Source: Alphaproteobacteria bacterium (GTDB lineage Bacteria; Pseudomonadota; Alphaproteobacteria; GCA-2731375). Taken from it: a DNA stretch of 64,000 bases. Below the pieces are notes generated by a model. That model was not told the DNA's origin. It did not search any database and saw only the letters and a list, made by a program, of their open reading frames with translations. The translations under genes were made by a program, and so were the position numbers. The stretch spans positions 335,816 through 399,815 of the forward strand of contig CBDEHK010000001.1 of assembly GCA_965238305.1 (NCBI GenBank), read 5' to 3'. Shown here in pieces: positions 59,932 through 64,000 of the stretch; within the stretch, counting starts at the first letter, position 1, and each line of letters begins with the position of its first letter.

Positions 59932-62900
59932 CAGCTACCACCCTTCTGCGCGGCTTTCTCGATCAACGCCTTAAACCGCTCATCCATCTTGAACACCTCA
60001 CCGAATTCTTCGAAAGACCAGCGGCCGTAGGTGCCAAGATTATTGACGCCGGGGATCCACTGGGTCTTCATTGTTTCGGATTTCAGTTTGACGTTTTCGT
60101 TGCGGTAACCTTTCACTTCGACGATCAAGTGCAGCGGATCGTCCGCGCCATGGCCGTCGTCGATTTGGACGATGAAGTCGGGGATATAGTGTCGGGCGGT
60201 TGAGCCGTCCTTGTATGGCACTTCCAGGCCCAGGCCCTGGTTCTTCACATAGGAAATGACCTGCGAATGCTGTTCCGCGACACGAGCGAATTCACCTTCC
60301 CAGTCGCTGTCTTCCACGACGAAGTTGATGTGGCATTTATCGGCTGCGGTCTTCCAAAGGTCTTTGGTGGTACGAAAGCCGACATGGGCGGTGGAGCCAT
60401 TGGGGTTATAGGGATCTAATACGGCTTTGATCTTTTGCTGATCGCCGATGGAGCGGATGATGGCGTGATAGATGCGTTCAGAGGCTTGATTGGCGATGTT
60501 CAGATATTCCAACATCCAGGCGCCGGTATCGCCGGTGCAAACAAGATACCCACCTTCAATCCATTGTCGAGCAATACGGCGTAAAGGCCAAAACAGGTGC
60601 AACTTGGGCTCGCCATCCTGGTCAGTGTAATATTTGTACATCAAATGTTTGGCGAGATCGTAGGCGATGGTGCTGGGTCGTTTGCTTTGCGCTTCCGCTG
60701 CCGTGATTGTCATGCCTTCACCGACGATACCTTCCATCCGCGTTTGGCCGGGTCCGACCAATTCGGGCGTCAGCACGAATTTTGAATCCTCGGTGAATTC
60801 CGCCGTCAATTTTTCTTCCGGCATTTCGACGCGATAGCCGGTGACGCGCGGGAAGGTAATTTCCAATGCGGCGCGTTCCTTCACCGCCGCGACCCAGGTC
60901 GACGGCTTGGGTGGTTTCACAGGGGCGACTTGCGGTTTGGCGGTGAAATCAAACGGGATGCCTAGAATGTCGGCATATTCAACGTCGAACAGATCTTCGT
61001 CATTCAGATCATAAGAATAACGACGTAATCCGCGGCCGACCACCTGTTCGCAAAGCAATTGGGTGCCAAAGGCGCGAATACCAAGGATATGGGTAACGGT
61101 GTTGGTATCCCAACCTTCAGTCAACATGGATACGGAGACAACACAGCGCACTTGCTCGCCCAAGCGTCCGGTTTTGCCGACCGTGTTCATCACTTCACGC
61201 AACAGGTCGGCATCGGTTTCGTCCGCCAGTTCGCCCCGTTGTCGGCGTTCGCGGCGGAACTGTTCGATTTCGCCTGCCGCCATAGTTCGAAAGTTCTTAT
61301 CCAGCGCTTCGCCGGATTCCAATTGAAAGCTGTCGATTAGCAGCGTGTTCGGTCTGGCCAGCGGCTCGCCATATTCGTCGTAATTACGAAATAGTTCCAG
61401 ATGGCCGTGATGCTCAAAAACCATCTCACCATCTTCGTTCGACCGTTGCCAGCCGGAAATCCATTCATGGACCAATTTTGATGTCGAGGTATTGTTGCAG
61501 ACGACGATGAAGACTGGTGGTGTTTCAATCCCCGCACGCTGCCATTCCGCATCGGTTTCTTGATAGTGTTTATAGAGCGCATATAGCGCTGTTTTAAGCG
61601 TGTCGTGGATCAACAGGGGATCGCTAGTGGTTCGCCCCTTCTTCGGCATATACTTGCCGATATGTTCCCAAAGATCGCGGAAGATCGGCATGTCTGCGCC
61701 GGGGATATTGTCGGCAACCGGGACGCGCGGCAGCTTGACGATGCCGCATTCAATGGCGTCCATTAATGAGAAGTCGCAAACCGTCCAGGGGAACAAGGTG
61801 CCTTCGGCCCAGCCCGACCCGCTTAAGAAAAACGGTGTGGCAGAGAGATCGTAAACGGCACGGACGCCTAGCTTGCGCTTGAAGGCTTCTAGGCCGCTGA
61901 TCCAAACGCGCGCCGCCTTGTTGTCCGCTTCCGCTTCTTTTTTTTCGTCACCCCTTAGATCCGCAACATCATCCGTGCCTGTTTTCGCGCGGTAACAATG
62001 ATGGGCTTCATCATTGATCACCAAGATATTTTTCAGGCCCATTAGGGGATCGGCGACACGGCGGATCATCTGACCTTCGGTTTCCTGTGTCTTTGGCGCT
62101 TCACCACGGCCCTGCAGCAGCGAGCGGCCAATTTTATTGGTTGCCATCTGCTCGCGCAGCTGAAAGGCGTGGTAGTTGGTGATGACGATCTTGGCCTTAT
62201 GGACGTCCGGCAACATATCCGCAGGTACCAGTTCGCGTGACTGATAGTAACTGTCGACATCGTTGGGCTGCAGGACCCGCAAACGGTCTTTAATAGTAAT
62301 ACCCGGCGTGACGACCAGAAAACCACGCGTGAAAAGTCGGCTGGTGGGTGAGCGCACCGCATTCACGGTCTGCCAGGCGATCAACATCGCCATCACCGTG
62401 GTCTTGCCAGCACCGGTGGCCATTTTCATCGCCAGGCGGATCAGTTCCGGATTGGCTTGCTCATTGGCGCCATGGACATGATCCCAATACCCCTTGTGCG
62501 TCTTTTGCGTCCGCGCCACTTCGGTTAGCCAAATGATCGTCTCGACCGCTTCGATCTGGCAGAAGAAAGGGCGGATGCCCTGGAACTCGTGATGACGCCA
62601 ATGCTGCAGAAGTCGAGCGGTCGCCGGGGTGACACCCCAATCGGACTGGCTTGGCAGTCTTCGCCAATTGGCAACATGCGTGCGGATCTCATTAATGATC
62701 GGCGTTGGGTTGTATTCCTGCTCTTCCGATGAAATGCCATCATTGCCAGCCAAATCCATAGCCGCCTGCTTCGGGTCGGCTTTCTGGCGCCGTTTCCTGG
62801 GTTTTGGCACCGGCGTGATAAACTCCGATCGTCGGCGGCCAGCGTTGGGCGGATTGTCTGTCGGTTGCCCTTCATCGTCCAAGTCGTGATAGCGGCCTGG

Positions 62901-62951
62901 CTCCTCATAAGGGGAGTTGAGAATTGGCTGTTCGTAAAAGCTATGGGCCAT
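59931..62951 (-). CDS. Type III-like restriction enzyme Res subunit (SF2 helicase/translocase plus a C-terminal PD-(D/E)xK nuclease)
   Basis: 1006-aa ORF whose N-terminus (FYEQPILNSPYEEPGRYHDLDDEGQPT) is typical of this Res family. It has Walker A (MATGAGKTTV), DEAH (VINDEAHHC) and motif VI (QVVGRGLRR), plus a C-terminal YIPDF...LIVEVKGY nuclease motif. Confidence 0.88.
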   Translation of the reverse strand: MAHSFYEQPILNSPYEEPGRYHDLDDEGQPTDNPPNAGRRRSEFITPVPKPRKRRQKADPKQAAMDLAGNDGISSEEQEYNPTPIINEIRTHVANWRRLPSQSDWGVTPATARLLQHWRHHEFQGIRPFFCQIEAVETIIWLTEVARTQKTHKGYWDHVHGANEQANPELIRLAMKMATGAGKTTVMAMLIAWQTVNAVRSPTSRLFTRGFLVVTPGITIKDRLRVLQPNDVDSYYQSRELVPADMLPDVHKAKIVITNYHAFQLREQMATNKIGRSLLQGRGEAPKTQETEGQMIRRVADPLMGLKNILVINDEAHHCYRAKTGTDDVADLRGDEKKEAEADNKAARVWISGLEAFKRKLGVRAVYDLSATPFFLSGSGWAEGTLFPWTVCDFSLMDAIECGIVKLPRVPVADNIPGADMPIFRDLWEHIGKYMPKKGRTTSDPLLIHDTLKTALYALYKHYQETDAEWQRAGIETPPVFIVVCNNTSTSKLVHEWISGWQRSNEDGEMVFEHHGHLELFRNYDEYGEPLARPNTLLIDSFQLESGEALDKNFRTMAAGEIEQFRRERRQRGELADETDADLLREVMNTVGKTGRLGEQVRCVVSVSMLTEGWDTNTVTHILGIRAFGTQLLCEQVVGRGLRRYSYDLNDEDLFDVEYADILGIPFDFTAKPQVAPVKPPKPSTWVAAVKERAALEITFPRVTGYRVEMPEEKLTAEFTEDSKFVLTPELVGPGQTRMEGIVGEGMTITAAEAQSKRPSTIAYDLAKHLMYKYYTDQDGEPKLHLFWPLRRIARQWIEGGYLVCTGDTGAWMLEYLNIANQASERIYHAIIRSIGDQQKIKAVLDPYNPNGSTAHVGFRTTKDLWKTAADKCHINFVVEDSDWEGEFARVAEQHSQVISYVKNQGLGLEVPYKDGSTARHYIPDFIVQIDDGHGADDPLHLIVEVKGYRNENVKLKSETMKTQWIPGVNNLGTYGRWSFEEFGEVFKMDERFKALIEKAAQKGGS

Positions 62952-63308
62952 TGATAGTCATTATTCGCCATTTGTGTGATTAAGTTGGACGAACAAGATG
63001 AATCGCGCAACTAGTAAAGCTGGAATTCTAAACACCTATCGAGAATTTGGGCAATAGCGCATATTGAATGTCGACTGATAAAAAACAATCCTAGATCCGT
63101 AGGGTAGACTTGTGACGATATGAATAACCGGCGAGCTGCAGTTGAGCATCGCTGGCGGCATCGCAAAAAGCATTAGGCGCGTGAACTTGACGTGGCTATT
63201 TCCACAAAAACACTCGTCGTATTATGTCTGATATGTTATGTTATTACATAGCTAATTGTGTTAATATCGACACATGTACGATGCGTACGCGTCATGGGGT
63301 TTTAGAAA

Positions 63309-63623
63309 ATGCGGGTCAGAACGCAAAGCCGATTGAAAACGGGCTATATCTGTGGCGCCAAGACGCGCAAAGGTACCGCTTGCCTTGGCATGCCGTTGGA
63401 AAATGGCCGTTGCCTACATCATGGCGGCCTCAGTACCGGCCCGAAATCGTCGGAAGGTCGGGCCAGGATCGCCACCGCGCAAAGTCAACGTCACGCTGCG
63501 GCAAGGCAACGCGCCAAACTCCTACGCGACGCTGAAATGTGGTACACGCAATTTTTGGCCCAATATGACCCATCAAAACTGTCCACGTTTAAGTCATTGA
63601 TTTATGAGGAGAAATCAGATTGA
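63309..63623 (+). CDS. HGGxSTG-domain small protein (a type common in mobile and integrative elements)
   Basis: Reads CGAKTRKGTACLGMPLENGRCLHHGGLSTGPKSSEGRARIA, containing the eponymous HGGxSTG motif. It is surrounded by AT-rich non-coding DNA. Confidence 0.7.
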   Translation: MRVRTQSRLKTGYICGAKTRKGTACLGMPLENGRCLHHGGLSTGPKSSEGRARIATAQSQRHAAARQRAKLLRDAEMWYTQFLAQYDPSKLSTFKSLIYEEKSD

Positions 63624-64000
63624 TTTGACATAATGCCAATTATGCGCTTATTGGTTGCGCTGCACAAAGCAGTGATTACCGTAACAACCCCAGTTACTTA
63701 CACAAATATACCGTAACATTAGTTGTCATATTGCATCGCATCATTTGGCGCCTAATCTCGTGTTGCGATCATTTTTTGCCACGTCAGTGAATTCGAATTA
63801 GGGTCCCATATTTGGCCTTTGGGGGGCGGGGCGCATCGAAATATCAACCCTAAAGGCCTTGTGACAGCGTGACTGCGTATCAGTTACATAAACTTGTCAT
63901 TAAGCATATGTTTTCGGCGTCCAGAATAATTCAATGATTGCGGCAATATTCCCAAGCCGAATTGGCAACCGATTCGCAGCGACAATACCCAGGTTTCGCC

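Noticed and set aside
63224-63600. Two alternative-frame ORFs (103 aa and 82 aa) overlapping the HGGxSTG gene.
   Set aside because: Only the 63309 frame contains the recognisable Cys/His HGGxSTG motif. The other frames are Arg/Pro/Trp-rich with no features.
63792-63810. Possible att direct repeat of the tRNA-Arg 3' end (TTCGAAT...GGGTC) at the right side of the island.
   Set aside because: Only 7 contiguous bases match the T-loop, and the rest does not align with GGTTCGAATCCTGTCGGGTGCGCCA. The island probably continues beyond 64000, so the true right junction cannot be seen.
52665-64000. Search for an integrase, transposase or IS element to explain island mobility.
   Set aside because: No ORF in this span shows tyrosine- or serine-recombinase or DDE motifs. 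The only recombinase in the window is chromosomal xerC at 34451-35449. A mobility gene, if present, must lie beyond the window edge.

Overview
The window looks like a chromosomal segment of an alphaproteobacterium. That guess rests on gene content and order: thrS-infC, mutS, maeB, an mdh-sucCDAB-lpdA TCA-cycle cluster, a DUF484-xerC pair, priA, and a choline/betaine uptake locus with betI-betA. I did not try to identify the species. Positions 1-52.6 kb are mostly core genes. Four things in that stretch stand out. (1) An adjacent DUF898/M48-peptidase gene pair has both genes interrupted by a 1-nt frame break at a homopolymer. (2) A secreted, lysine-rich protein has about one cysteine in five residues and is built from 78-bp tandem CNPC repeats. 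(3) A FecR-CHASE2 cyclase module is present. (4) A four-gene oxidative operon of unknown substrate lies at 48.5-52.4 kb. A tRNA-Arg(CCG) at 52588-52664 marks the start of an accessory island that runs off the right edge of the window. The core of the island is a tightly coupled five-gene minus-strand operon. It combines a Type III-like Res nuclease/helicase and a beta-class DNA methyltransferase with three extra genes. These are an AT-rich 308-aa membrane-anchored orphan between res and mod, an AT-rich 391-aa four-TM coiled-coil protein with an Flp-pilin-like N-terminus, and a RelE/ParE-like domain fused to a UvrD-like helicase. I do not recognise this gene combination as any named defence system, and it is the best candidate for something new. 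I saw no CRISPR array, rRNA, transposase or integrase in the window.
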